From assembly GCA_029259185.1 (NCBI GenBank), contig JAPDJF010000019.1, positions 1 to 48,251 of the forward strand: a stretch of 48,251 nucleotides of DNA, read 5' to 3'. The notes under the pieces are model-generated. The model saw only the letters and a program-made list of their open reading frames with translations, searched no databases and was not told where the DNA came from. Each line of letters opens with the position of its first letter. Positions within the stretch are counted from its first letter, which is position 1. The position numbers and the translations under genes were made by a program. Origin of the DNA: Hadesarchaea archaeon (GTDB taxonomy: Archaea > Hadarchaeota > Hadarchaeia > Hadarchaeales > WYZ-LMO6). Below, in pieces: positions 37,328-45,983 of the stretch.

Positions 37328-37331
37328 TCCA

Positions 37332-37751
37332 ACGAGGGAGCGAGGGGTATCCGTTTTGATCGCCGTCATCACCCTCATCCTCCTCACGATCTTAACAGCG
37401 GGGGCGGTGGTTCAGATGATGGGATCTAAAGCCCCGTCCTCCCCCATCTCCGCTGTTCTGAGGGTAGAAGAGAAGGAGAATAAACTCGTGATAACCCACC
37501 TCAGCGGGGACAAAATAGGGTACGCCTTCAAGCTCAACGACGGTGCGGTGCTCTGGCTGAACCTCGTGGTGAGGAAAAACGGAGAAAACCTGAACATCAC
37601 GGGCGGAGCGAGGGTCGGGGAGCTCACGGATGGGGTGATAAACTTCGGCACGGGGAGCAAGCTCGAACTCCCGGTAGGCGTGGAGAGCGGGGACGAGGTG
37701 AGCGTGGTGTACGTCCCCACGGGGCAGGTGTTGGTGGATGAGAAGTTCTGA
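37332..37751 (+). CDS. Type IV pilin-like protein, near-duplicate of 30393-30818 (non-canonical start)
   Basis: In-frame (ACG)RERG|VSVLIAVI signal lies upstream of the ORF-track TTG at 37356; GAGGTGA RBS precedes ACG 37332; in-frame stop at 37320. Confidence 0.75.
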   Translation, partial: TRERGVSVLIAVITLILLTILTAGAVVQMMGSKAPSSPISAVLRVEEKENKLVITHLSGDKIGYAFKLNDGAVLWLNLVVRKNGENLNITGGARVGELTDGVINFGTGSKLELPVGVESGDEVSVVYVPTGQVLVDEKF

Positions 37752-37756
37752 CGGCT
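37491..37756. repeat. About 265-bp near-identical direct repeat, copy 2
   Basis: Matches 30558-30823. Confidence 0.9.
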
Positions 37757-38214
37757 GGCGAGGAGTTTCGGTGATGGTGGCCATCATTACTCTGATGGGG
37801 CTCACCCTAGCCCTTGCCTCGGTGCTCACGCTCGCGCTGGGGAAGTGGGAGGTAAAGAACCCCACCCAAACCATGCTCACCCTCCGGATAGAGAATGAAA
37901 AACACGGGAAAGAGAATTTGATCCTCATCCACACGGGAGGAGATCCGATACCCGATGCGTTCGAGCTGAAGGGGGGAAAAATCACTTGGATGAATCTGGA
38001 GATCAGGGTAAACGGGGTGAAGCTTGAAGTTTGGGCCGATGCTATGCTCAATGGAGAGGAGAACGCCGGTGTGGTGAGGTTTTCACAAGGAGACGAACTC
38101 TCGATCCTTTTACCATGGGAGAACTCGGTGATTCGGGGGGACTGGCTTTCCGTGGTCTACAAACCGGCGGGACAAACACTCTTGCAAAGCCAGGTGTATT
38201 CACTCCGTGGGTAA
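37738..38214 (+). CDS. Type IV pilin-like protein
   Basis: WRG|VSVMVAIITL; LILIHTGGDPIPDAF..ITWMNLEIRVNG..FSQGD..GDWLSVVYKPAGQ. Confidence 0.8.
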   Translation: MRSSDGWRGVSVMVAIITLMGLTLALASVLTLALGKWEVKNPTQTMLTLRIENEKHGKENLILIHTGGDPIPDAFELKGGKITWMNLEIRVNGVKLEVWADAMLNGEENAGVVRFSQGDELSILLPWENSVIRGDWLSVVYKPAGQTLLQSQVYSLRG

Positions 38215-39786
38215 CTTGTAGGACATCGTGCCGAGCGTTATCGTCTTCCCGTACTGTCCGAGCTTCCGATCCGCGAGACAGCTGTAGTGCAGGATATCCT
38301 TCCCCGACCCGTCGTACCCCTCCTCCACCATTATCTCCATCTTCTCCCTCGTGATGTCGATCGGCCACACCTGACCCTTGGACCAGTCCAGAGGCGGGAA
38401 ATCGCTGGGTTTGAGCCACTCGATGGTGGGGTCGAAGAGCCACTTCAGCCTGGGAACCTCCTCGTAGGAAGGAACCCTCCCCGTCTTGAAGTCCACCCCG
38501 GCTTCGGACTCGAGGAGCTCGATGTACTCCTTCGACAGGAACTCCGGGCTCGGATTCTCTATAAGCCTCGTCTCCTCGATGGTCGTCTCCTTGTAGAGAG
38601 GGGCGGGCAGCGCTGTGAGGAGCGCCCTAGGGGGCGGGATCCCCCTATCATGGGGAAGGGCGAATCCCTTGAACATCTTCCCCTCGTCAAACATTAACTT
38701 CCTTATCGAATGGAGGAGGGGCGTTTTCTTTGGAGAGGTCGCCATCTTGTTCACGGCATCGCACAAGAGTCCCTTGGGCCCTTGGAGGAAGAGTTCTCCC
38801 ATCGTCCTCACGCACGCCTCCCTGCTCATGCCTATCACCGCGGTGAGGGCTTCTGGAGCCGGGTCGTGGAGATAGAACTGTATTGGCATTCCGAAAAGTT
38901 CGGTGCACCTCATCGCTATCCACGGATCCATCCAGAATCCCGAAATCGCCCAGAAGTTCTGCTGCGTCCCCACCCCCCACTGCCCGGGGGAAACGGAGAG
39001 GTAGAGATTAGCATGAATCCACTTCCGAAACATTTCACCGCGGAGATCATCTATCACCTCCCTAGCTATCCTTACCCACTCGTGGAGGACGTACGGGCTC
39101 CGCTTGGGGGCCTCCCGTATCTTTATCCCCGTGGAAGGATCCCTCACCTCAAGTAAATAACTGGGGTCACGAGGGGCTGAAACCTTTTCACCGGGGGTGA
39201 GGAGTGTCTCTCTATCCTCTCCATCGAAATGCTGAGCTATTCCCTCCCCAACTCCCAGCATCCAGTACTGAACCGGAACTCCGTGCTCATTATGAAACCC
39301 CTCTATCCAGTCGAACTCGCCCTTCCAGTAATCCACGTGCAACCACATCGTGGTAGCGTAGTCCCCGTACAGGTACCTCATGCTCTCGAACCCCAAGTCT
39401 GGTCTCGTGAGGTAAGCTGGGGGCTGGGACAGATGGCAGAGCCACTCGGCTTGGATCAATTCCCCTACCGAAAAGTGTTTAGAGGTCGCCTTCTGGCAAA
39501 TGGAGATGGAGTGGATATTGCGGTATGCCCACTCGACAAATTCTTCATATTGAAGTCTGTGCCAAGTCTCTACGTCGAGTCCTCCCCTCTCCCTTATCCA
39601 CACGACCATCCAAGGATCGACACACATCCCATCGGGGGCTAGGTGCTCGGTTCCGGGGGGGTTTATGTCCCTGAACTTCTCCGCTATTTCTTCCCTCATG
39701 TGGAGGACCGGTTCAACCCTTCTCTTAAAATCCTCAAACGCCTCGGGACTGAGAATTTTTTTAACACCCTCGAGGTGTTTGGACAT
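38200..39786 (-). CDS. Uncharacterised 528-aa soluble protein
   Basis: Long ORF with GGAGGAGGT RBS, starting 1 nt after the upstream stop; no motif recognised. Confidence 0.75.
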   Translation of the reverse strand: MSKHLEGVKKILSPEAFEDFKRRVEPVLHMREEIAEKFRDINPPGTEHLAPDGMCVDPWMVVWIRERGGLDVETWHRLQYEEFVEWAYRNIHSISICQKATSKHFSVGELIQAEWLCHLSQPPAYLTRPDLGFESMRYLYGDYATTMWLHVDYWKGEFDWIEGFHNEHGVPVQYWMLGVGEGIAQHFDGEDRETLLTPGEKVSAPRDPSYLLEVRDPSTGIKIREAPKRSPYVLHEWVRIAREVIDDLRGEMFRKWIHANLYLSVSPGQWGVGTQQNFWAISGFWMDPWIAMRCTELFGMPIQFYLHDPAPEALTAVIGMSREACVRTMGELFLQGPKGLLCDAVNKMATSPKKTPLLHSIRKLMFDEGKMFKGFALPHDRGIPPPRALLTALPAPLYKETTIEETRLIENPSPEFLSKEYIELLESEAGVDFKTGRVPSYEEVPRLKWLFDPTIEWLKPSDFPPLDWSKGQVWPIDITREKMEIMVEEGYDGSGKDILHYSCLADRKLGQYGKTITLGTMSYKLPTE

Positions 39787-39787
39787 C

Positions 39788-41308
39788 CTACCTCCTCCGC
39801 CTGCTCATCATCCGCTTGATGAACTCGTCTATCCGATCCCATGGTATGAACGGGACGAATTCGACCTCCCTCACCCTTTTGTACGGGGCCAGCCTCTCCT
39901 CAACCCACCTCATGAGCTCTCCCTGACCCGCTCTCGACTCGGGCTTCAACACGATGAAAGCCTTCGGGATCTCCCCTCCGACTAAGCCAGGCTTCCCAGC
40001 CACCACACAGTCCATCACCGCCGGGTGCTCCTTCAGCACGCATTCCAATTCCACTGGGCATATCCCGTAGCCCCTGAACTTGATGATCCGCTTCTTCTTG
40101 CCCACGATCTCTATGTTCCCCTCCTCGTCCTTCACCGCCAAATCTCCGGTGTGGAGCCATCCCCCGCTCAGAACTCGCTCCGTCTCCTCCGGTTTCTTCC
40201 AGTATCCCTTCATCACCTGGGGCCCCCTAACCAAGAGTTCACCGACCTCTCCGGAACCTAGCTCTTCCCCTCGCTCACCGACTATCTTCTCCTCCACTCC
40301 CCAAGCCGGGGGCCCGACCAGCCCGAGCTTGGTCTTCGACACGGGGGGAACGTTCACGAATCCCGATCCCTCCGCAAGCCCGTAGGTGTTGATGATCGGC
40401 ACCTTCGTCATCTCCTGAAACTCCACCGCCACATCTCTGATCAGCGCCTCCTCCACGTTGCACACGAAGCGCAGGGATGAGAGGTCGTATCTCGCCGTAA
40501 CGTTGGGGAGGTCGGTGAGGAGGGTGATGTTGGCCATCGGCATCATCACCCGGGAAACCCAGAACTGCTCCACATGGGAGAGAAACTCCTCCACGTCAAA
40601 GCCTTTCTCCAAAACGAGCGAGTTACCCGCGAGCAGGCAGGCGCAGAGATCGTTCAGCGTGAAGATGGAATGCATGGGGTGGAAGATGAGCGTCGTTTCC
40701 CCTTCCTTGATGAACTCCAGCTCGGGCTTGGAGATCCTGACCAGGACCGCCATCATGTTGAGGTGGGTCAGCATGGAGCCCATGTACCCCCTCTCCCTCG
40801 CCGCGTACATGATCAAGGCCAGATCGGTAGTGGGTGTTATCTCCACCTCCGGCGGGGGTGACTGCTTCAGAACCTCCGAGAACTTGATGGTCCCATTTCC
40901 GCCGTCTAGGGATATCACGTGCTTGACACTCGGTAGCCCACCGCGGGTTTTTTCCACGATCTGCATCTCCACATCCCCTGTGACCACCACGCTCGCCTCC
41001 GAATCCGTGAGCAGTTCCCGAAACTCTCGTTCCCGAAAAGCCGGGTCTATGGGAACCGCCACCCCTCCCACCTTTAGTATTCCGAAGAAAGCCGTGAGGA
41101 ACTCTGGTCGGTTCCACATGTACAGCGCGACCCTGTCCCCCTTCTTCACCCCTAGCTCCGCCAATCCGGCTGCGAACTTGTCCGACTCCGCATCGAATTC
41201 CTTGAAACTCACGGTTCGGGGGTGAAGGATGAACGGTTTGTCCCCGAACTCCATCGCTGAGCGCTTGGGAAGCTGGGAGATGGAAGGAACAGTTTTTTCA
41301 TCAGTCAT
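39788..41308 (-). CDS. Acyl-CoA ligase-like (ANL) protein with degenerate catalytic motifs
   Basis: GVKKGDRVAL, YGLAE, GELLVRGPQVMKGYW and GWLHTGD are present, but the P-loop reads YAARERGYMG and the C-terminal Lys motif is absent. Confidence 0.8.
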   Translation of the reverse strand: MTDEKTVPSISQLPKRSAMEFGDKPFILHPRTVSFKEFDAESDKFAAGLAELGVKKGDRVALYMWNRPEFLTAFFGILKVGGVAVPIDPAFREREFRELLTDSEASVVVTGDVEMQIVEKTRGGLPSVKHVISLDGGNGTIKFSEVLKQSPPPEVEITPTTDLALIMYAARERGYMGSMLTHLNMMAVLVRISKPELEFIKEGETTLIFHPMHSIFTLNDLCACLLAGNSLVLEKGFDVEEFLSHVEQFWVSRVMMPMANITLLTDLPNVTARYDLSSLRFVCNVEEALIRDVAVEFQEMTKVPIINTYGLAEGSGFVNVPPVSKTKLGLVGPPAWGVEEKIVGERGEELGSGEVGELLVRGPQVMKGYWKKPEETERVLSGGWLHTGDLAVKDEEGNIEIVGKKKRIIKFRGYGICPVELECVLKEHPAVMDCVVAGKPGLVGGEIPKAFIVLKPESRAGQGELMRWVEERLAPYKRVREVEFVPFIPWDRIDEFIKRMMSRRRR

Positions 41309-41376
41309 TTAACCTCTTTTGTACTGGGAGTTTTTAAAACTTAAACAGCATCCACCATCGGACAATGGTGAAAAAA

Positions 41377-43968
41377 TCATCTCCGCAGAGATTCGACCAC
41401 CGTCAATTTCGATGCCCTATACGCTGGATAAAGCCCACCGAACAAAGCAGCAACCAGCGCCAGGATCGAAGCATGCAATATCGCATCGAGTGGTAGGATC
41501 ATCCTTACTCGGAGACCGTCGAAAGCCATCGCCATCGTGGTTCCTTTCAGAATTATCGTCCCACATGCTATGCTTATAACCAACCCAATCAAGCCCATCG
41601 CGATCGCCTCCCCTAAAAACATCAACAACACTTGTCCCCTGCTCATTCCCTGGGATCTCAATATCCCTACCTCTCTTCTCCGCTCCGTCACATTCATTAC
41701 CATCACGATCGCCACGGCTATCGCCCCTATGAAAACGGAGAAGTACAACACCGCGAAAAGGATGTAAAACACCCTGTCGATGCTCTCACGGCCGAACTCC
41801 ACCATGTCCTCGTAGGTGAGGGAATTGGATTGAAATCCGTACTCGGGGAATTCTTGGCTCACTCTCTCAAGAACCGCCAACGGACTGTAGCCCTGACTCA
41901 CGTTGAGGAGAAACGCCCAAGCTCGATCCCTTCCCCACATCGGGTAGAAGTGCTCGGCCTGACTTTCGAAGGATATCACGGCGGACTCGGAGAGGGGATG
42001 CAGCCCTATCCAAACGTGCTGCAAAATCGCCCCAGTGAACACTCCTACCACCGTGAACGTAGTGTTGTCCGGTATCCTCTGTCCCCCCACCTCTACCCAG
42101 CTCTCCAAGACCAAGCTATCCCCTGCGTGGACTCCTAGCTCCTCGGCCAGGTGCTTCGGAATGACCAACGCTTCATTGTCCAAGGCCAACCGTTGGTAAA
42201 CCTCCTCGGGGGATACGCCCTCGGGTTCCACGAAGTCTTGGCGTATTATCGCTGGGAAGCTTTCGGGATCCACCACGAAGATCCCAAGCGATCTGCTCTC
42301 CGGTTCCAGACACTTCGTCCCGGGGTACACAATACTCACAGGGGTCGCCTCCTCCACCCCCCCGACCGCCAAGAGATTCTCGGTGAAACCTATCGGAAGG
42401 TTCTTCTCCGAGATAAGGATTATGTCCGCACCAAGGGATTCCTCGATCCCCCCTTCCATAGCCTCCACTATCCCTGCTTTGAGACCTCCGAGCATCACGA
42501 TGAAGCTCAAACTCATCCCTATTATACCGAAACAAACGGCCGTTCGAAGGGTCTTCCTTCCCAAGTTCCTCGAAACGAGCATGCCCAAGCTTCTTGAGAG
42601 GCCTGAGAGTTTCCGAGAGAGTGAATCCGACCCTTTCCCCAGAAGCAGGGCCGTGACTACGATGGCCCCGATGAGGAGGGCAAACGAATCCACCCCCGGA
42701 AGGCGGAATGGGAGCAGACCGAGATGGAGTGACGACCCTGAGACGAAAAGCAACACTCCGGCGAGAAAGTAGGGAACCCTAGAACCTTCACGCGTGCCCC
42801 TCATCTCCGGTCTCAACGCTTGGTCGACCGTGACCCTACACGCAGCCATCGCTGGATAAGATGCTCCACCCAAGACCGCGAGGAGACCAGCCAGAACACC
42901 CTTCCCAATTATTTCAGGGGTGAGGACAAGCGAAGCGATCTCGGGAAATCCACCCACCCCCATGAAGACATGGACGAACACCTTCGCGAGGATTAAACCT
43001 GCGAAAATTCCCATCAGGATACCCACCCCCCCCAAAAGCAGACTCTCGGTGAAGAAAACCGTGAATACTTGGAAGTTCGAGGATCCGACCGATCTCAGGA
43101 TGCCTATCTCGTTGGTCCGCTCCCTCACGCTCATGAACATGGTATTGAATACGAGGAAAATGCAGACCACGAGCGACACCATGACCATCGCATCTAACCC
43201 CCGCCTGAAGCTCTCCGTCTGGCTCTTCATCACTTCCACCGCCTCCAGCTTGGGCGCGTAGACTTCGAACTCCGAACCGAAGAGTTCTCTAAGCGTTTCC
43301 TTGATCTCTGCCGTTTTCTCGAAGTCTCCGACCTTTAGGTGGATGGAAGTTATTCTATTCTCCAGATCCGAAACGTGCTGGAGGTAATCCAAGTCGACGA
43401 AGAAGTACAGCCTGTTGAACTCTACCTTTTCAGCCAGCTCATATATCCCAACCACCCGCAGGGTGCATGGCCGCCCTCCTTCCAGCGAACTCTTCCTCGT
43501 CGTCACCGTGAAGGTGTCTCCTATTTCCAGACCGTAGTTTTCGCTCAGCGCCTCTGTGATCACCACGTTCTCCCCAGCGATCCTCCATTCCCCCCGGATG
43601 GTATCTTCGTATCCCCGATACACATAATCGGTGCTCGGATCCACCCCTCGAGCCTCTATTATCTCTGCGGGATCTCCGTTCACAAAAGCCGCGACCTCCA
43701 GCCTCTTGGCCACATCCTTCACCTCCTCTAAATTCTCCAGCAGTGTGAGGTTGTCCTCACCGAAGGAGCAGGGGGCCCCATAAGTCACTATGAGATCCGT
43801 CCCCCCCCACGCCTTGTCGAGGTATTCACGAAATGCATGGGAAGCGCTGTCCGTGGCGAGGTTCACTCCCACGAGCAGGGAAACACTCAAGGCGACCGCT
43901 ATCGCCGTCAGAAAGTTTCTCAACTTCCTCCTGGGGAAACTCCTGACCGGTATTTTCAAAAGAGACAA
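41377..43968 (-). CDS. ABC transporter permease, FtsX/MacB/LolE family (duplicated)
   Basis: Two repeats of large extracytoplasmic domain plus TMs with SVRERTNEIGILRSVG and NVTERRREVGILRSQG. Confidence 0.9.
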   Translation of the reverse strand: MSLLKIPVRSFPRRKLRNFLTAIAVALSVSLLVGVNLATDSASHAFREYLDKAWGGTDLIVTYGAPCSFGEDNLTLLENLEEVKDVAKRLEVAAFVNGDPAEIIEARGVDPSTDYVYRGYEDTIRGEWRIAGENVVITEALSENYGLEIGDTFTVTTRKSSLEGGRPCTLRVVGIYELAEKVEFNRLYFFVDLDYLQHVSDLENRITSIHLKVGDFEKTAEIKETLRELFGSEFEVYAPKLEAVEVMKSQTESFRRGLDAMVMVSLVVCIFLVFNTMFMSVRERTNEIGILRSVGSSNFQVFTVFFTESLLLGGVGILMGIFAGLILAKVFVHVFMGVGGFPEIASLVLTPEIIGKGVLAGLLAVLGGASYPAMAACRVTVDQALRPEMRGTREGSRVPYFLAGVLLFVSGSSLHLGLLPFRLPGVDSFALLIGAIVVTALLLGKGSDSLSRKLSGLSRSLGMLVSRNLGRKTLRTAVCFGIIGMSLSFIVMLGGLKAGIVEAMEGGIEESLGADIILISEKNLPIGFTENLLAVGGVEEATPVSIVYPGTKCLEPESRSLGIFVVDPESFPAIIRQDFVEPEGVSPEEVYQRLALDNEALVIPKHLAEELGVHAGDSLVLESWVEVGGQRIPDNTTFTVVGVFTGAILQHVWIGLHPLSESAVISFESQAEHFYPMWGRDRAWAFLLNVSQGYSPLAVLERVSQEFPEYGFQSNSLTYEDMVEFGRESIDRVFYILFAVLYFSVFIGAIAVAIVMVMNVTERRREVGILRSQGMSRGQVLLMFLGEAIAMGLIGLVISIACGTIILKGTTMAMAFDGLRVRMILPLDAILHASILALVAALFGGLYPAYRASKLTVVESLRR

Positions 43969-43973
43969 GCTTC

Positions 43974-44723
43974 CTACCTTCCGGCGACTTTTCCCCGTTT
44001 ACCCGAAATGACCCTCTCCCGCCTGATCTTCCCATCCCTTATCTCCAATATCCTATCCGCCTTCTGAGCGACCACGGGGTCGTGGGTGACGACCACCACG
44101 GTCACATTCTCTTTCTCAGCAGCGAGCCTCAACGCTCTCACGACCTCTGCCCCCGTCTTGGTATCCAAGTCACCCGTGGGCTCGTCGGCCAAGATAATAG
44201 ATGGTCTATTCGCCAGCGCCCTCGCGATGGCCACCCTTTGCTGTTCCCCACCGCTCAGCTCGTCCGGGCGGTGATCCGATCTCGAGGAGAGGCCCACGAG
44301 CCCAAGCAACTCCCTGACCCTCTTAACCCTCTCCCCTCTCGGCCTCCCCGCTATCAGCATCGGAAGTTCAACGTTCTCGAACGCCGTCAAGACTGGGATC
44401 AGATTGTAGAACTGGAAGATAAACCCGATTTTGTTCCTTCGGAGTGCGGTCAGCTCTTCCTCCCCCATCTTGGTCAAATCCTTGCCTTCTATGTAGATCT
44501 TCCCGCTCGTCGGTTTGTCGAACGTCCCTATGAGGTTGAGTAGAGTGGTCTTCCCCGACCCCGAGGGACCCATTATCGCCACGAATTCTCCCGAGAAGAG
44601 CCTCAGGTTCACACCCCTCAGAGCGTGTACCGGAACCTCTCCCAAGTAATATGTTTTCTTCAAATTTCTCATCTCAACCACCGGAGTCAATCGGGATCTC
44701 GCGATCAAGTGCTCTTCCCCCAT
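43974..44723 (-). CDS. ABC transporter ATP-binding protein (LolD/MacB family)
   Basis: [33 protein letters not shown] and VVTHD. Confidence 0.95.
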   Translation of the reverse strand: MGEEHLIARSRLTPVVEMRNLKKTYYLGEVPVHALRGVNLRLFSGEFVAIMGPSGSGKTTLLNLIGTFDKPTSGKIYIEGKDLTKMGEEELTALRRNKIGFIFQFYNLIPVLTAFENVELPMLIAGRPRGERVKRVRELLGLVGLSSRSDHRPDELSGGEQQRVAIARALANRPSIILADEPTGDLDTKTGAEVVRALRLAAEKENVTVVVVTHDPVVAQKADRILEIRDGKIRRERVISGKRGKVAGR

Positions 44724-45271
44724 CCCTTTTTTCCATACCCATCGAAGTGAACCATCTCCTCAAGTGGTTTCCTAGAGGGCGGCTTTGGAACCTCGAGTGG
44801 ATAGCCGAGCGGCATCAGCTCGACCACGCGAACCCCCTCGGGCACACCTAGGATCTCTTCCACTCTCTTCGCGTTGAAAAATCCCACATGCACCGTACCT
44901 AACCCCAACGCGTGTGCGGCCAACGAAAGATTGTGGAGTGCGAGGGCCACATCGAACATGAAAAAATCTCCCTTGTCCGTTACCGGGCTCCCTTTATAAA
45001 AGCCCGAAACACCCGTTCGGGCACATGCCACTATGAGCACAGGAGCTTCCTCAATGGCTCCTCTAGCAGGGTTCCCCGGCCCTAGAGTCTCCGAGAGCTT
45101 CTTCTTGGTCTGAGGATCCCTCACCACTATGAACTCCCAACACTGCGTGTTCGCCCACGAAGGTGCCCACCGTGCCGCTTCGAGCACTTCTTTCAGTACG
45201 TCATCTCCAACCGGATCGGGCTTGTACTTCCTGATGGACCTCCTCGTCTTAATCGCTTCGAATACGTCCAC
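44705..45271 (-). CDS. Nitroreductase family protein
   Basis: TRRSIRKY, APSWANTQCWEFIVV, LAAHALGLGT and RKPLEEMV. Confidence 0.9.
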   Translation of the reverse strand: MDVFEAIKTRRSIRKYKPDPVGDDVLKEVLEAARWAPSWANTQCWEFIVVRDPQTKKKLSETLGPGNPARGAIEEAPVLIVACARTGVSGFYKGSPVTDKGDFFMFDVALALHNLSLAAHALGLGTVHVGFFNAKRVEEILGVPEGVRVVELMPLGYPLEVPKPPSRKPLEEMVHFDGYGKKGWGKST

Positions 45272-45378
45272 GTATGTGCTAACACCTTTCCTTTTTTAAT
45301 CCTACCGCCGGGAAGTCCCTTCCGAAAGGGAGGAGATGAGAGGTGGAGCGCATATATAGTAGTTAGTAGCCTATTGCG

Positions 45379-45511
45379 ATGACGAAATACACCATCACGG
45401 TTGAAGATAGGTTGGGGGGAGGAATTCAAGCGGACCATAACGAAGGACAAGACCATCAATGAAGCAATAGCGGAGCTGATGAAGAAAGAAGTGGGGCAGG
45501 GGCGTGCTTAG
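45379..45511 (+). pseudogene. Ribbon-helix-helix DNA-binding protein, frameshifted
   Basis: MTKYTITVEDRL-G / EEFKRTITKDKTINEAIAELMKKEV; one extra G in a G6 run at about 45414-45419. Confidence 0.6.
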
Positions 45512-45844
45512 CCACAGGTTCCGCCTGTATCCTTCAAAGACAGCCGAGCGCGCTCTGAACCGACACATGGCACTTTGCAGGTGGCTCTACAACCGCCTGC
45601 CTCCGAACTCAATTTTGCGCATGAGAAGGGGATAAGGCTGAAGCGAACGGATACTCAGGCCCTCATCGTCGATTTGAAGCAGCGCGAGCTCCCGGAGCTG
45701 AACGAGGTGCACTCGAAAGTTTTACAGATGGTGAATTACCAGCTCTGGTCGAACATCCGAACGCTATCAGAGTTGAAGAAAAACGGTAAGCGTGTTGGCA
45801 AACTCCGCTTCAAGGGAAGGGGCTGGTTCAAGACGCTGAACTAG
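45504..45844 (+). pseudogene. tnpB: TnpB N-terminal fragment, frameshifted and truncated
   Basis: GTG-LSHRFRLYPSK..LNRHMALCRWLYNRL, frameshift at about 45600, then ..LPELNEVHSKVLQMV..KKNGKRVGKLRFKGRGWFKTLN*; RuvC and zinc finger absent. Confidence 0.85.
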
Positions 45845-45983
45845 GTCTTGGCGAGCCTCATCAGAACAGCGTATATGCATTTTCACCCAAAAACCTTCCG
45901 CAGTTCCTCCCCGCCCTCTCGGACGGAGCCTCCTTGCGGTGGTCAAGATGAAAAAAGAAAATAGCGGAAATCCGTGGGTTCGC

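Larger units (their letters stand above)
45305..45950 (+). mobile_element. Degenerate IS200/IS605 (IS1341-like) element: RHH gene + truncated tnpB
   Basis: Subterminal hairpin-like ends CCCTTCCGAAAGGG (about 45318-45331) and TTCCTCCCCGCCCTCTCGGACGGAG (about 45904-45928) flank two frameshifted ORFs. Confidence 0.7.

Noticed and set aside
12963-37756. Diversity-generating retroelement (TR/VR pairs) suggested by near-identical repeats
   Set aside because: No reverse transcriptase in the window. The mismatches are not adenine-specific, many are synonymous, and both copies lie in coding genes.
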